A stretch of 58,694 nucleotides of DNA from Dehalococcoidia bacterium (GCA_016783155.1 JADHXB010000002.1:1-58694); one strand, 5' to 3'; counted from the stretch's first letter, positions 20,346-33,994 are shown. Made by a program: numbers and translations. Notes: generated from the letters alone by a model not told the origin.

Positions 20346-20984
20346 TCAAGCCTTCTGTAGTTCCAATAGATCAGCCCTGGTAGCTAGCACCAAGGCGAGC
20401 ACTGCTGCAGTTATCAGACCTTCACCGATGCCAATAAGAGCATGAACACCTGCCATCGCCGGCAAAGCTACACGCAAGGGCACAGTACCTGATATTGCCA
20501 ACTCAACCGCACAAGCAACTGATGCCATCACCACTGTAAACCAGGCAGCCAGACCACTGCCGACCATTACGCCTAACTTGCGCTTAGGGAAAAGTGAAGC
20601 AATACCTCTATAGAGATAATAACCTACAAAGCAAGGGACAATGCCCATATTGAAAATGTTAGCCCCTAGAGCAAGGAGTCCTCCATCTTGAAAAACTAGG
20701 CTCTGCACAATCAGTACACAAGTCATTACCAGCACTCCCGACCATGGGCCTAGCAATATAGCAGCTAAAGCGGCACCGATAAGATGCCCCGAGGTACCCC
20801 CAGCCACAGGGAAATTCAACATCTGGGCGGCAAAGATAAAAGCCGCCAGCACTCCCATCAGTGGTATTTGCTTCTCCCCCATTTTCTTATTCGTCGCCTT
20901 TACTGCATAGGCAACACTGCCCGCAGCCAGGGCAATCCCGACTGCTGCTACCGGCATACTGATGAAACCATCGGGAATATGCAT
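20346..20984 (-). CDS. cbiM: ECF Co/Ni transporter substrate-capture component CbiM/NikM
   Basis: It has the N-terminal MHIPDGF motif characteristic of CbiM/NikM. It is a 212-aa polytopic protein. Confidence 0.85.
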   Translation of the reverse strand: MHIPDGFISMPVAAVGIALAAGSVAYAVKATNKKMGEKQIPLMGVLAAFIFAAQMLNFPVAGGTSGHLIGAALAAILLGPWSGVLVMTCVLIVQSLVFQDGGLLALGANIFNMGIVPCFVGYYLYRGIASLFPKRKLGVMVGSGLAAWFTVVMASVACAVELAISGTVPLRVALPAMAGVHALIGIGEGLITAAVLALVLATRADLLELQKA

Positions 20985-21016
20985 CGAAATATCTCCTTAA
21001 CAAAGCTATTCAATTA

Positions 21017-21040
21017 AATGCAACTGCAACTAATTGCATT
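21017..21040. promoter_or_regulatory. Operator-like inverted repeat upstream of cbiM
   Basis: aatgcaa-N10-ttgcatt. It shares the 11-mer gcaactaattg with the site at 21508-21536. Confidence 0.35.
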
Positions 21041-21061
21041 AAACCTCAAAACAAAAAGCTT

Positions 21062-21475
21062 CTAGCCACCCTGACATTGAGAACACAGACCGAAAACAGC
21101 CATATGCTTCAAATCAGCTTTAAACTGATACATGTCGGATAAAACTCCTTCTAACGGAGTCAGTGCCGATTCAGGCAAATCAATTATTCGACCGCACTTC
21201 TGGCAAACAAGATGGTGGTGATGCCCCTTCTCCGCAGGATGAAAGCGCACACACCCGTCTCCCAAGGCTATCTCTGTAACCAGCCCGAGTTCCTTCAACA
21301 ATTCCAACGTCCGGTAAACCGTAGAAATGTTGGCATAAGGATACTTGGTGCGGACTTGAGTATAAATCTCCTCAGCACTAACATGCTTATCAGCACCATG
21401 TAGGGCTTCCACCACCATCATCCGCTGCGGCGTCAACCTGTAGCCCATACCTCTAAGCGCCTGACCACAGCTCAT
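21062..21475 (-). CDS. Fur-family metal-responsive transcriptional regulator
   Basis: It has YRLTPQR..VVEAL, ISTVYRTLELL, HHHHLVC..CG and C-terminal GLCSQC motifs. I chose the ATG at 21475 because the upstream part of the long ORF is occupied by a promoter/operator. Confidence 0.8.
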   Translation of the reverse strand: MSCGQALRGMGYRLTPQRMMVVEALHGADKHVSAEEIYTQVRTKYPYANISTVYRTLELLKELGLVTEIALGDGCVRFHPAEKGHHHHLVCQKCGRIIDLPESALTPLEGVLSDMYQFKADLKHMAVFGLCSQCQGG

Positions 21476-21484
21476 ATCATTGAA

Positions 21485-21536
21485 AGTATAGCAAAGGAGG
21501 GACAAAAATGCAATCGGTTGCATCAGCAACTAATTG
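21485..21536 (-). promoter_or_regulatory. Putative promoter plus palindromic operator of the fur-like gene
   Basis: On the minus strand there is TTGCAT (21513-21508), 17 nt, then TATACT (21490-21485), only 9 nt before the ATG. This suggests a near-leaderless mRNA. The -35 element lies inside the palindrome atgcaa-tcgg-ttgcat, next to gcaactaattg. Confidence 0.4.
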
Positions 21537-21540
21537 AAAA

Positions 21541-21993
21541 TCACAAAAACTTGTCTTTGCTGTCAAGGGCTATGGTAACTGGGCCATCATTGTGGAGTTC
21601 CACGAGCATATGCTGCTGAAAGCGTCCTGTTTCTATTTTCAATCTACTCTCCCGAACACGGTCAACAAAAAAGCAAACTAAAGTTTCAGCCTGCTCCGGT
21701 GGTGCTGCCTCCTCAAAACTAGGCCGCCGACCCTTCCGCGTGTCGGCAAGAAGGGTAAATTGGCTGATAATCAAAATCTCGCCTTCGGTTTCCAGTGCCG
21801 AAAGATTGAACTTGCCGGCTTCATCAGTGAAGATGCGGAGATTTATTATCTTATCGGCTAAATAAAGAGCGTCTCTCTCCGTATCCCCCCGAGCTACACC
21901 AACGAGGACAACTAAACCCCGTCCTATCTTTCCAACCACTTCACCACCCACACTTACCGATGCTTTGCTGACCCGCTGCACTAACGCTTTCAA
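21541..21993 (-). CDS. dtd: D-aminoacyl-tRNA deacylase
   Basis: 150 aa with KALVQRV, GLVVLVGV, ISQFTL and GRRPSF motifs. TTG start. Confidence 0.9.
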   Translation of the reverse strand: MKALVQRVSKASVSVGGEVVGKIGRGLVVLVGVARGDTERDALYLADKIINLRIFTDEAGKFNLSALETEGEILIISQFTLLADTRKGRRPSFEEAAPPEQAETLVCFFVDRVRESRLKIETGRFQQHMLVELHNDGPVTIALDSKDKFL

Positions 21994-22125
21994 AACACTC
22001 CAATCCCATAATCCAACTAGTAAAAGCCTACCTCGCTATTTTACGAAAGTAGCCTACTTAAGACAAATTGACAGCCAAAATTCGATAGAGTACAATAATT
22101 TTTGCATATGGCTGGAGGAATGTTA

Positions 22126-22908
22126 ATGATAGAAATGACGATTGACAGCATTCGAGTAAGCCTGATGAATTATCAGCACGTAGTAATCCTAAGAGAGAAA
22201 GAATCAGACCGCTACCTGCCTATCTGGATCGGTCCCGCAGAGGCAGACGCTATATCAATAAAATTGCAGAATGTTGATTTGGCACGACCGATGACCCACG
22301 ATCTGCTGAAAAATGCAGTCTTCGCGCTGGAATCCACTTCGGGAACCGTAGTAAGTAAAATTGTTGTAAATGACCTACGTGCTGACACATTCTACGCCCA
22401 AATTATTTTTGAATCTACCGAGGGGCCAAAGCCGGTCAGCGTAAAGTTCCCCCAAGACAGCAGCTCGCATCGAGGATACGATAATGGATCACAGATATCT
22501 CTCACCTGGCAGGAGAAAGAACATAAACTTAAAATAGTCAGTGAATGGCAAGAATCAGGCAACAGATTCATCGAGGCAATGAATGATGACGGTCTGATGT
22601 TTGAACTTAGCCTTGACAAGAAAACCGAGCAGTGGCTATTAACCAAGATAAAGCTTGATTCCCGTCCCAGCGACGCCATTGCCTTAGCAGTAAGAGTAAC
22701 AGTCCCAATATACGTTGACGAAGCAATTCTGGATAAGGCTGGCATCATACTCGACCGAGAAACAGGAAAACCTATATCTATAGACAAAGGTGCCGATAAG
22801 CCAGGCGGTAAAGATAAGGTTGATGAGCAAGAGTTAAAGAAACTGTCAGCTTACTACGATTTTATTAATACGCTTGACCTGGACGACATAGGCAAGCATA
22901 AATCCTAA
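22126..22908 (+). CDS. Bifunctional nuclease (BFN/DUF151) domain protein with an about 70-aa internal insertion
   Basis: LPIWIGPAEADAI, RPMTHDLL and FYAQIIF are followed only after about 85 aa by DSRPSDAIALAVR..PIYV. I chose the ATG at 22126, 6 nt after GGAGGA. Confidence 0.7.
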   Translation: MIEMTIDSIRVSLMNYQHVVILREKESDRYLPIWIGPAEADAISIKLQNVDLARPMTHDLLKNAVFALESTSGTVVSKIVVNDLRADTFYAQIIFESTEGPKPVSVKFPQDSSSHRGYDNGSQISLTWQEKEHKLKIVSEWQESGNRFIEAMNDDGLMFELSLDKKTEQWLLTKIKLDSRPSDAIALAVRVTVPIYVDEAILDKAGIILDRETGKPISIDKGADKPGGKDKVDEQELKKLSAYYDFINTLDLDDIGKHKS

Positions 22909-23124
22909 AATCGAATGCCCGGCTGCTAAAATCAACCGGGGTCGGCTAGACGATCGCTTTTAGTATAAACGAAAGTCAGTCTTAAGGCCAATGACAACTG
23001 TTTATTATCTGACAGACTGCATGCGGCCGGCCGAGGAGTGCCAAAATGTGGAGGCCTTTTATGGTCCAAGAAGCACTATCACTCGAAAGCTGCATATACT
23101 AAAAAATAGAATGTTAAATACTAT

Positions 23125-23433
23125 ATGACCTTAATTCAAGAGGAAACCTACACTATAGTGGGGCAAATCAAACCTGAGAAACCAACGTCAAAGGAATGGG
23201 CACGTCCCCTGGGGTTCCTTTTTACCGTCGGCTGGTATGTAGCTTTGAGCCTCATCATACCAACTGGCATCGGTTACTGGCTTGACCGCCCACAGGGATT
23301 TGACACCCACCCTCTATATACTCTTGTTGGATTTGGCATAGGCACAGTGATTGCCTTCTACGGTCTTTATCGAATGCTTCGCCGCTTCCATACAGAACAA
23401 AGAGAGCGAGAAAAAGACAAGGAATTGAAATAG
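23125..23433 (+). CDS. AtpZ/AtpI-like small membrane protein preceding the F-ATPase genes
   Basis: 102 aa with two TM helices. The pattern G..LD....T.P..TL.G...G lies directly upstream of atpB. Confidence 0.55.
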   Translation: MTLIQEETYTIVGQIKPEKPTSKEWARPLGFLFTVGWYVALSLIIPTGIGYWLDRPQGFDTHPLYTLVGFGIGTVIAFYGLYRMLRRFHTEQREREKDKELK

Positions 23434-23437
23434 CACG

Positions 23438-24644
<1,207 letters not shown>

Positions 24645-24659
24645 GGAGGATAGAAAGAA

Positions 24660-24770
24660 ATGGAAGATGGCAATCTGCCGGCCTTCATAGGAGCTCTTAT
24701 TGGAGCAGCCATAGTAAGCGGAGTCATTATTTGCATGGGCTTTATCATTATCGCCTTCATGCTCGCCTAG
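24660..24770 (+). CDS. Unannotated 36-codon hydrophobic ORF between atpE and atpF
   Basis: MEDGNLPAFIGALIGAAIVSGVIICMGFIIIAFMLA*. The ATG lies 9 nt after aaggagga, the same RBS string used by atpE. It is below the ORF-track size cut-off. Confidence 0.35.
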   Translation: MEDGNLPAFIGALIGAAIVSGVIICMGFIIIAFMLA

Positions 24771-24851
24771 ACTCAAAAACTCTAAGCCGGAGCAACTCAT
24801 AATCGGCCACACATGCCATAGATAGTCGCTCAAAAAGATCGGGGTGAATAT

Positions 24852-25352
24852 ATGGAAGGTATTGGAATTAACCTACCGCTGTTAATAGTGTTCGTCATAA
24901 ACTTCATTATTTTGTTTGGATTACTCGGCATATTCTTATACAAGCCGGTGCTCAAGACGCTCGATGAGAGGCAAGCTAGGATAAAAGAGAGCATGGAGCA
25001 AGCCGAAAAAATCAGACAGGAAACAGAACGCAGTGAAGAGGAAATTAAAGCTCACTTGGAAAAGGCCCGCAAAGAGGGACAGGCTGTAATAGCCCAGGCG
25101 ACACAAATAGGAGAAAGGCTGAAGGAAGAGGCTAAAGACAGTGCCCGCCAGGAGGCTGAGTCCGTAATTTCCAAAGCACGCACCGAAATACAGCGAGAGA
25201 GGGATAAAGCCATCGAGGAGCTGCGCACCGAATTTGCCGATATAGCCATTTTGGCTGCAGAAAAGGTAATCAAAGAAACAGTGGATAAAAAGAAGCACCG
25301 CAAACTTATTGATGAAGTGCTCAAGGAGAGCACTCCTTTTAAACAAAAATAG
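24852..25352 (+). CDS. atpF: F0F1 ATP synthase subunit b
   Basis: It has an N-terminal TM helix followed by a long charged coiled coil. Its position in the operon fits. Confidence 0.85.
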   Translation: MEGIGINLPLLIVFVINFIILFGLLGIFLYKPVLKTLDERQARIKESMEQAEKIRQETERSEEEIKAHLEKARKEGQAVIAQATQIGERLKEEAKDSARQEAESVISKARTEIQRERDKAIEELRTEFADIAILAAEKVIKETVDKKKHRKLIDEVLKESTPFKQK

Positions 25353-25367
25353 AAGGCTAGTAATCAA

Positions 25368-25907
25368 ATGTCGATAACAACTTCTGTCAAGCGCTATGCT
25401 CAAGCAGTCTTCGAGATTGCCCTGGAAAGCAATAAGCTGAAAGAGTGGCAGTCTAACCTGGGAAAAATTGCTCAACTAGTACAAGATGCTGAATTTACAG
25501 CCCTTGTAGAAAACCCTAAATTACCGTTTGAACCGAAGGCAAAGCTAGTACAGGAAAGACTGGGGAAGATAAATCCTATGGCTCTTAATCTCATTTATCT
25601 TCTCATGACTAAAGGCAAACTCAAAAACGCCAGGCAACTTGCAGACGAATATGAACGTTTATTAAACGACCACTACGGTATAAAAAGTGCCGAGGTTACC
25701 ACTGCTATTGCAATTGATGATACAGAAAGAGAAAGGCTTAGTCACCATATCGAAACAATTATCGGAAATAAAATCAGTATTAAAACTCAAATCGACCCAG
25801 ATATTCTAGGTGGTTTTATCGCCAGAATAGATGATAGCCTTATTGATGGTAGCATCCGCAACAAATTAGAGATGCTAAAGAAAAGTCTTGCTGAAACCAG
25901 AAAATAA
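25368..25907 (+). CDS. atpH: F0F1 ATP synthase subunit delta
   Basis: 179 aa with YAQAVFEIA at the N-terminus and [20 protein letters not shown] at the C-terminus. Confidence 0.85.
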   Translation: MSITTSVKRYAQAVFEIALESNKLKEWQSNLGKIAQLVQDAEFTALVENPKLPFEPKAKLVQERLGKINPMALNLIYLLMTKGKLKNARQLADEYERLLNDHYGIKSAEVTTAIAIDDTERERLSHHIETIIGNKISIKTQIDPDILGGFIARIDDSLIDGSIRNKLEMLKKSLAETRK

Positions 25908-25930
25908 CTACCCATAAGGGGGTGAACAAA

Positions 25931-27442
25931 ATGACAACAGGAGGACGAGACATAGTCTCAGTGATTAAAGAGCAAATCAAACAGTTTGGGGCTACTGTGA
26001 CTATGGTAGACGTAGGAACTGTAATCGAAGTAGGTGATGGCATTGCTCGAATTCACGGGCTTAATGGTGCCAAATACAACGAGTTGCTGGAATTCCCCAA
26101 CGGCATCATGGGGCTGGCTCTCAACTTAGAGGAGGACAACGTCGCTGCCGTTGTCCTTGGCGATTACAGCCATATCAAAGAAGGAGACGAAGTCCGCTCC
26201 ACTGGAAGAGTAGTTGAAGTGCCCGTAGGTGATAAGCTTATCGGCCGCGTGGTCGACCCATTAGGCAACCCCCTGGATGCCCTAGGCTCGATCAATAGGG
26301 CTAAGACTCGACCTGTGGAAAGGATCGCGCCAAACGTTGTAATGAGACAGCGAGTGAACACACCAGTACATACCGGCATAAAAACGATAGACGCTTTGAT
26401 TCCAATCGGGAGAGGTCAACGTGAGTTAATTATAGGCGACCGGTCCATAGGCAAATCAGCCATAGCCATAGACACTATCATCAGCCAGAAAGGCGGCAAC
26501 CTTATCTGCATCTATGTAGCTATCGGACAGAAAACGTCCAAGGTAGCACAAGTAATAGACATATTTAAAAAATACGGGGCTATGGAACATACCATAGTGG
26601 TCGCAGCCAACGCTTCTGACCCAGCACCTCTGCAATACCTAGCCCCTTACTCTGGCTGCGCTATCGGCGAAGAATTCATGGAACAAGGGAGGGATGCTCT
26701 AATCGTCTATGATGATTTAACCAAGCACGCCTGGGCTTACCGACAGATATCCTTGATACTCAGACGCCCGCCAGGTCGGGAAGCTTACCCGGGTGACGTT
26801 TTCTATCTTCACAGCCGTCTTTTGGAACGAGCTGCTAAGCTGGACCAAGAACATGGTGGCGGCTCACTCACCGCCCTTCCCATCATAGAAATCCAAGCCG
26901 GTGATTTAGCTGCTTATATTCCAACCAACGTTATCTCCATTACCGACGGGCAGATTTATCTCGAAACAGATATATTTAATAGCGGTGTCCGTCCGGCATT
27001 AAACGCCGGCCTATCGGTATCCCGAGTTGGTGGCAATGCTCAGACCAGAGCCATGAGGCAGGTAGCCGGTAGATTAAGGATAGATATGGCTCAATATCGT
27101 GAGCTGGCTACCTTCGCTCAATTCGGCACTGCCGATTTAGACAAAGCCACCCGAGCCCAACTGGAGCGTGGGCAACGCATCACCGAGATATTGAAACAAC
27201 CTCAATATGCTCCCATGCCGCTGGAAAAGGAGGTAACCATCCTCTATGCTGTGACGAACGGCTATCTGGATGATGTGCCACTGGAAAAAATTGCTGCCTT
27301 TGAGCAGAGTCTTCATCGGTTTATGGAAACGAATCACCCTGAAATAAATCAGCGTATCGTGACCGATAAGGAAATCAAGCCAGAAACTGAAGATGTTTTA
27401 AAGAAAGCAATATCGGAGTTTAAACAAAGCGCAAGCTATTAA
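25931..27442 (+). CDS. atpA: F0F1 ATP synthase subunit alpha
   Basis: It has the P-loop GDRSIGKS and strong F1-alpha similarity throughout. I prefer the ATG at 25931 because it follows aaggggg. The GTG at 25922 is the alternative. Confidence 0.95.
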   Translation: MTTGGRDIVSVIKEQIKQFGATVTMVDVGTVIEVGDGIARIHGLNGAKYNELLEFPNGIMGLALNLEEDNVAAVVLGDYSHIKEGDEVRSTGRVVEVPVGDKLIGRVVDPLGNPLDALGSINRAKTRPVERIAPNVVMRQRVNTPVHTGIKTIDALIPIGRGQRELIIGDRSIGKSAIAIDTIISQKGGNLICIYVAIGQKTSKVAQVIDIFKKYGAMEHTIVVAANASDPAPLQYLAPYSGCAIGEEFMEQGRDALIVYDDLTKHAWAYRQISLILRRPPGREAYPGDVFYLHSRLLERAAKLDQEHGGGSLTALPIIEIQAGDLAAYIPTNVISITDGQIYLETDIFNSGVRPALNAGLSVSRVGGNAQTRAMRQVAGRLRIDMAQYRELATFAQFGTADLDKATRAQLERGQRITEILKQPQYAPMPLEKEVTILYAVTNGYLDDVPLEKIAAFEQSLHRFMETNHPEINQRIVTDKEIKPETEDVLKKAISEFKQSASY

Positions 27443-27451
27443 AGAAACGAA

Positions 27452-29714
<2,263 letters not shown>

Positions 29715-29716
29715 CA

Positions 29717-30139
29717 ATGGCAACCCTAAGACTTGAGATTATAACCGCTGAACGTCAAGTCTTCGCTGATGACGTTAATGTGGTGGTCGCCCCGGGCATT
29801 GAAGGAGAGCTGGGCATCCTGCCCCATCACGCTCCCTTAATGACCACCCTCAAACCCGGAGAGTTGCTCATTAGAAAAGATGGCGAAGAAACGTACCTGG
29901 CTGTCTCTGGTGGTTTCCTCGAAATACGCCCCGACAAGGTTATAATCCTTGCCGATGCTTGTGAACGCGCCGAAGAAATCGATATCACCCGCGCTGAAGA
30001 AGCCAAACGCCGAGCTGAAGAAGGACTCAAAACTCATCCACAAGGAGTAGACATGGCACGAGCACAAGCTGCTCTCCTCCGTTCTCTTATTCGCCTTAGA
30101 ATAGCTGAGAGGAGACGTCGAAAATCGAGACCAAGCTAG
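29717..30139 (+). CDS. atpC: F0F1 ATP synthase subunit epsilon
   Basis: LRLEIITAERQVF... is a typical epsilon beta-sandwich, followed by a helical C-terminus. Confidence 0.9.
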   Translation: MATLRLEIITAERQVFADDVNVVVAPGIEGELGILPHHAPLMTTLKPGELLIRKDGEETYLAVSGGFLEIRPDKVIILADACERAEEIDITRAEEAKRRAEEGLKTHPQGVDMARAQAALLRSLIRLRIAERRRRKSRPS

Positions 30140-30233
30140 CAGCTACCGTTCAGCTAAGCATCTCACTATCTATTAGAGATACAGAAGTTTATAATAACAG
30201 GATTGCGAACTTGCGGCGGACCTAACGGATCAA

Positions 30234-30467
30234 CTATACTATCTCAAGCCTAACCCGCACGCCCTCCTTAGTCGCCACCACACGAAGCAGGGTTCGCATC
30301 GCCTCAGCAACACGGCCCTGCCTGCCAATCACTCTCCCTTTATCATCTGTAGCAACTTCCAACTTCACCACCACAACACTCTCGTCATCAGTTTCCTCAG
30401 TCACCTTTACATCGTCAGGTGTGCTAACAATGGATTTGGCGATATACTCTATTAGCTCCTTCATCAT
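30234..30467 (-). CDS. KH-domain RNA-binding protein (YlqC/UPF0109 family)
   Basis: 77 aa containing [18 protein letters not shown]. It overlaps the rpsP stop, which is the usual rpsP-KH arrangement. Confidence 0.8.
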   Translation of the reverse strand: MMKELIEYIAKSIVSTPDDVKVTEETDDESVVVVKLEVATDDKGRVIGRQGRVAEAMRTLLRVVATKEGVRVRLEIV

Positions 30468-30808
30468 GATGACTCCTCAGCAGTTGATTTAGTTTTGGTT
30501 CCGGATGTGGTTTTCGTCTTTCTCGGTCTTGCTACTCGTGTCTTTTTTGTAACAGTTGGCTTAAACTTATCCATTACCCCTGCTTTAGAAAGCAACCTTA
30601 ATGTGGTATCTGTTGGTTTGGCACCATACCTAAGCCACTTCAGCGCTTTTTCTTCATCAACAACAAAAGTCTCTGGCTCAGTCAATGGATTATAGTGTCC
30701 GATGACTTCAATAAAAGCACCATCCCGTGGTGACCGGCGATCAGCCACTACCACTCGATACATAGGTTTATTTCTGGTGCCTACTCGTCGTAATCTTATC
30801 TTTACCAT
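30464..30808 (-). CDS. rpsP: 30S ribosomal protein S16 with basic C-terminal tail
   Basis: [36 protein letters not shown]. Confidence 0.9.
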   Translation of the reverse strand: MVKIRLRRVGTRNKPMYRVVVADRRSPRDGAFIEVIGHYNPLTEPETFVVDEEKALKWLRYGAKPTDTTLRLLSKAGVMDKFKPTVTKKTRVARPRKTKTTSGTKTKSTAEESS

Positions 30809-30883
30809 GAGTTATATGTTTAAATCAAGCCTCCTCGCGCATTTTTATAGGCTATTATGCACTAACTTGCTTCACCTGTCAAT

Positions 30884-31642
30884 ATGGCACTACTGCCAAT
30901 GTTGCCACCAGTGAACACAGACGTTATAATCAAGGATGTGAAAATACAGCAGTTGCACAGTTGGCAAATGAGCATTGCTCAGGCTAAACAGATACAACAG
31001 GAGTTAGCCAGCCAGGTGTCATCCAAAAGCGAACCTATTAAGCCTCGCTTTATCGCCGGTATTGATATATCAGCCCCAGATTCCAGAGGGATTGCCCGCG
31101 CTGCGGCGGTCATCCTCGACTACCCCGAGCTCGAGGTGATTGAGGTCAAAACCGCTGAGGATAAACTCAATTTCCCTTATATACCCGGCTTTCTATCTTT
31201 CAGAGAGACCCCATTGGTATTGGCTGCTTGTCAAAAACTATCTACGGACCCCGACCTTCTTCTAGCAGATGGCCAAGGAATTGCTCACCCCAGACGCTTC
31301 GGAATCGCCTCACATCTAGGTTTGCTCCTCAATATACCCACCATAGGCTGTGCTAAATCACGTCTGTGCGGCAAACACGCACCAGTAACTGCCGAGGCTG
31401 GCGCTTACGCCGAACTTACTGACAACGGCGAAATTATCGGTGTTGCTCTGCGGACTAAAGCTGATGTGAGCCCAATTTACGTTTCAATCGGCCATAAAAT
31501 TGATTTACCCACGGCCATCCATTGGGTATTAGAATGTTGTCGCGGCCGGCGGCTTCCCGAGCCATCTCGCTTAGCCCACCTCGCTGCTGGCGGCAAACAA
31601 ATAACCGTACTCCATACTCATCAACAGAAGTTATTAATCTAG
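30884..31642 (+). CDS. nfi: Endonuclease V
   Basis: It has AGIDIS, YIPGFLSFRE and ADGQGIAHPRRFGIASHLG motifs. The exact start is uncertain. Confidence 0.85.
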   Translation: MALLPMLPPVNTDVIIKDVKIQQLHSWQMSIAQAKQIQQELASQVSSKSEPIKPRFIAGIDISAPDSRGIARAAAVILDYPELEVIEVKTAEDKLNFPYIPGFLSFRETPLVLAACQKLSTDPDLLLADGQGIAHPRRFGIASHLGLLLNIPTIGCAKSRLCGKHAPVTAEAGAYAELTDNGEIIGVALRTKADVSPIYVSIGHKIDLPTAIHWVLECCRGRRLPEPSRLAHLAAGGKQITVLHTHQQKLLI

Positions 31643-31684
31643 TCTTTTGACTTAATAAATCTATATGTGAAATAGGAGTTAATA

Positions 31685-32789
31685 ATGCAAGAGGAAAAAG
31701 AAAAACTAGAAGCTCTGCACCACCGAATCTCTGACATAATGGTGCGTCTTTGACATTTCTGCTAAAGAAAAGGAAATCGACAGGTTAGAGGCTAAGACCA
31801 CCAAACCAGACTTCTGGCTCGACCCGGCTAAAGCACAGTCCATCATGCGTCAATTAGTAGCTGCAAAGGGCGTAGCCCAGACCTGGCACCAGATGCAGAA
31901 GGAAATCACTGAACTCCTTGATGTGACAACTCTGGCTATTGAAGAGAACGACCAATCCCTCAGAGAGGAAATTCAGCGCGACATAGAGAAAATAGCCTCT
32001 CATCTCAATGAGCTGGAAACAAGACTAATCTTGAGCGATGAATATGACGACAGAGATGCTATCTTGACTGTCCATGCAGGTGCTGGCGGCACCGAATCAC
32101 AGGACTGGGCAGAAATGCTACTGAGGATGTATTTGCGTTGGGCAGAGCGGCACAAATACAAAACCGAAATACTAGACACCTCCGTTGGTGACGAAGCTGG
32201 CATAAGGAATGCCACCGTGGAAATTAGGGGGGATCATGTTTATGGCTATCTGAAATCAGAACACGGCGTCCATCGTCTAGTTCGCTTGTCTCCCTTCAAT
32301 GCCGACCACGCCCGCCATACATCGTTTGTTCTTACTGAAGTCCTCCCTGAAGCCAAAGAGGAGATAGATATCAAGATAAATCCTGATGACTTGAAAATAG
32401 ATACCTTCAGGTCAAGCGGACCCGGGGGACAGCACATGCAAAAAACCAGCAGTGCTGTCAGAATAACTCACCTCCCCACCGGCTTAGTGGTTAACTGTCA
32501 AAGCCAACGTTCCCAGCATAAGAATAAAGAGAGCGCCTTGAAAGTACTTTACGCTCGCCTTCTTCAACTCGAGCGTGCCAAGAGGGAAGCAGAAAAAGCC
32601 AAGCTTAAAGGCGAACGAATTGAAGCTGGCTGGGGTAACCAGATCCGAAGCTACGTTCTCCACCCATACAGAATGGTCAAAGACCATCGTACTGACTACG
32701 AAACTAGCGATACCACCGCTGTCCTTGATGGAGAGCTCGACGATTTCATCACCGCCTATCTACGTCATAAACTTGGAGAGGGAAAATGA
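31685..32789 (+). CDS. prfB: Peptide chain release factor 2, programmed +1 frameshift (31685..31750 joined to 31752..32789)
   Basis: A short frame-0 ORF (MQEEKEKLEALHHRISDIMVRL) ends in CTT TGA C at 31748-31754. The +1 frame continues DISAKEKEIDRLEAKTTKPDFW... and carries SPF (LSPFN) and GGQ (SGPGGQH) motifs. Confidence 0.9.
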
Positions 32790-33994
32790 TTAAACGGTTA
32801 ATTTTGCTAATCCTAGCTGCCATTCTATTCACTGCGCCGAATTTTACCCATGCTCAGGAACAAATCTCGCTACTTGATAACACTGTCGAGGTATACTTCC
32901 CTTCTGCCTTGGTCTTCAAGGTCAAGGCTGCAAGCCAGAGCGACATCACTAAAATACGCCTTCACTATCAGGTTGATAAAATGAACTATGCTCAAGTTAC
33001 TAGTGAAGCCTGGCCTGATTTCATTCCATCTCCAGAAGTGGAAACAGAATGGGTGTGCGATATGAGGAAAGTCAGCCTGCCCGCCGGAGTCAAAGTCGAA
33101 TACTGGTGGACAATCGAAACCAAAGCCGGCGATAAGCTCGTAACTTACTCCGACATCATTCAATTTGACGACCTCCGCTATTCCTGGAAAAGGCTAACTG
33201 TAGGACAACTAAGCCTCTTCTGGTATAAAGGCAGTCAGTCCTTTGCCGAAGAGTTGATGGCTGCTTGTCAACAGGCACTGGAAAGGCTGGTCGAAGACAC
33301 TGGTGTTTATCTTGAAAAGCCCATAAGTTTATACATCTATGCCAGCACCAGAGACCTCCAGGGAGCCATGATTTTCCCACAAGAATGGACAGGCGGTGTG
33401 GCTTTTACTGAACACGGCATTATCGCCATCGGTGTTCCTCCAGATGAACTAGCCTGGGGGAAAAGGGCTTTAGCTCATGAGCTGGGCCACATGGTAACTC
33501 ACCAAATAACTTTCAGCCCTTACGGAGCCTTTTTACCCATTTGGCTAGATGAAGGCCTGGCTATGCACGCCGAAGGTGAGCCAGACACCTATCTCCAGTC
33601 ATGGCTCAAAAAGGCAATATCTCAGCAAAAGCTTATTTCCGTACGCAGCCTGTCCAGCCCGTTTTCAGCCAAACCTGAAGAAGCCTACATCTCCTATGCT
33701 GAAAGTCAAAGTCTGGTCGAGTTCCTCATCCAAAACTACGGCAAGGATAAAATGCTTCGCCTGCTAAGTTTATTAAAAGAAGGTAACTCCTGCGATGAAG
33801 CTCTGACCGAGGTTTACGGCTTCGACCAGGACGGGCTTGATAAGCTATGGCGAGAATATATAACCGGGCAAAACCATTCCCAATCTGTATTTGAGTATGC
33901 CTCCCTGCAGAAAGTCAATGCAGAAGCGATTCTCTGGGAAGATGTGCTCGCCAAATTGGTAAAGGCAAATATTCTATTAGGGTGCATTGATTGA
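32786..33994 (+). CDS. Secreted MA-clan zinc metallopeptidase-like protein (HExxH)
   Basis: It has a signal peptide (LILLILAAILFTAPNFTHA), the HELGHMVTH motif and a downstream EGLAMHAEG. Its start overlaps the prfB stop (ATGA). Confidence 0.55.
   Translation: MIKRLILLILAAILFTAPNFTHAQEQISLLDNTVEVYFPSALVFKVKAASQSDITKIRLHYQVDKMNYAQVTSEAWPDFIPSPEVETEWVCDMRKVSLPAGVKVEYWWTIETKAGDKLVTYSDIIQFDDLRYSWKRLTVGQLSLFWYKGSQSFAEELMAACQQALERLVEDTGVYLEKPISLYIYASTRDLQGAMIFPQEWTGGVAFTEHGIIAIGVPPDELAWGKRALAHELGHMVTHQITFSPYGAFLPIWLDEGLAMHAEGEPDTYLQSWLKKAISQQKLISVRSLSSPFSAKPEEAYISYAESQSLVEFLIQNYGKDKMLRLLSLLKEGNSCDEALTEVYGFDQDGLDKLWREYITGQNHSQSVFEYASLQKVNAEAILWEDVLAKLVKANILLGCID

Noticed and set aside
20985-21061. 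A cobalamin riboswitch might lie upstream of cbiM.
   Set aside because: Only 77 nt separate cbiM from the fur-like gene, which is too short for a B12 element. No B12-box-like sequence is seen.
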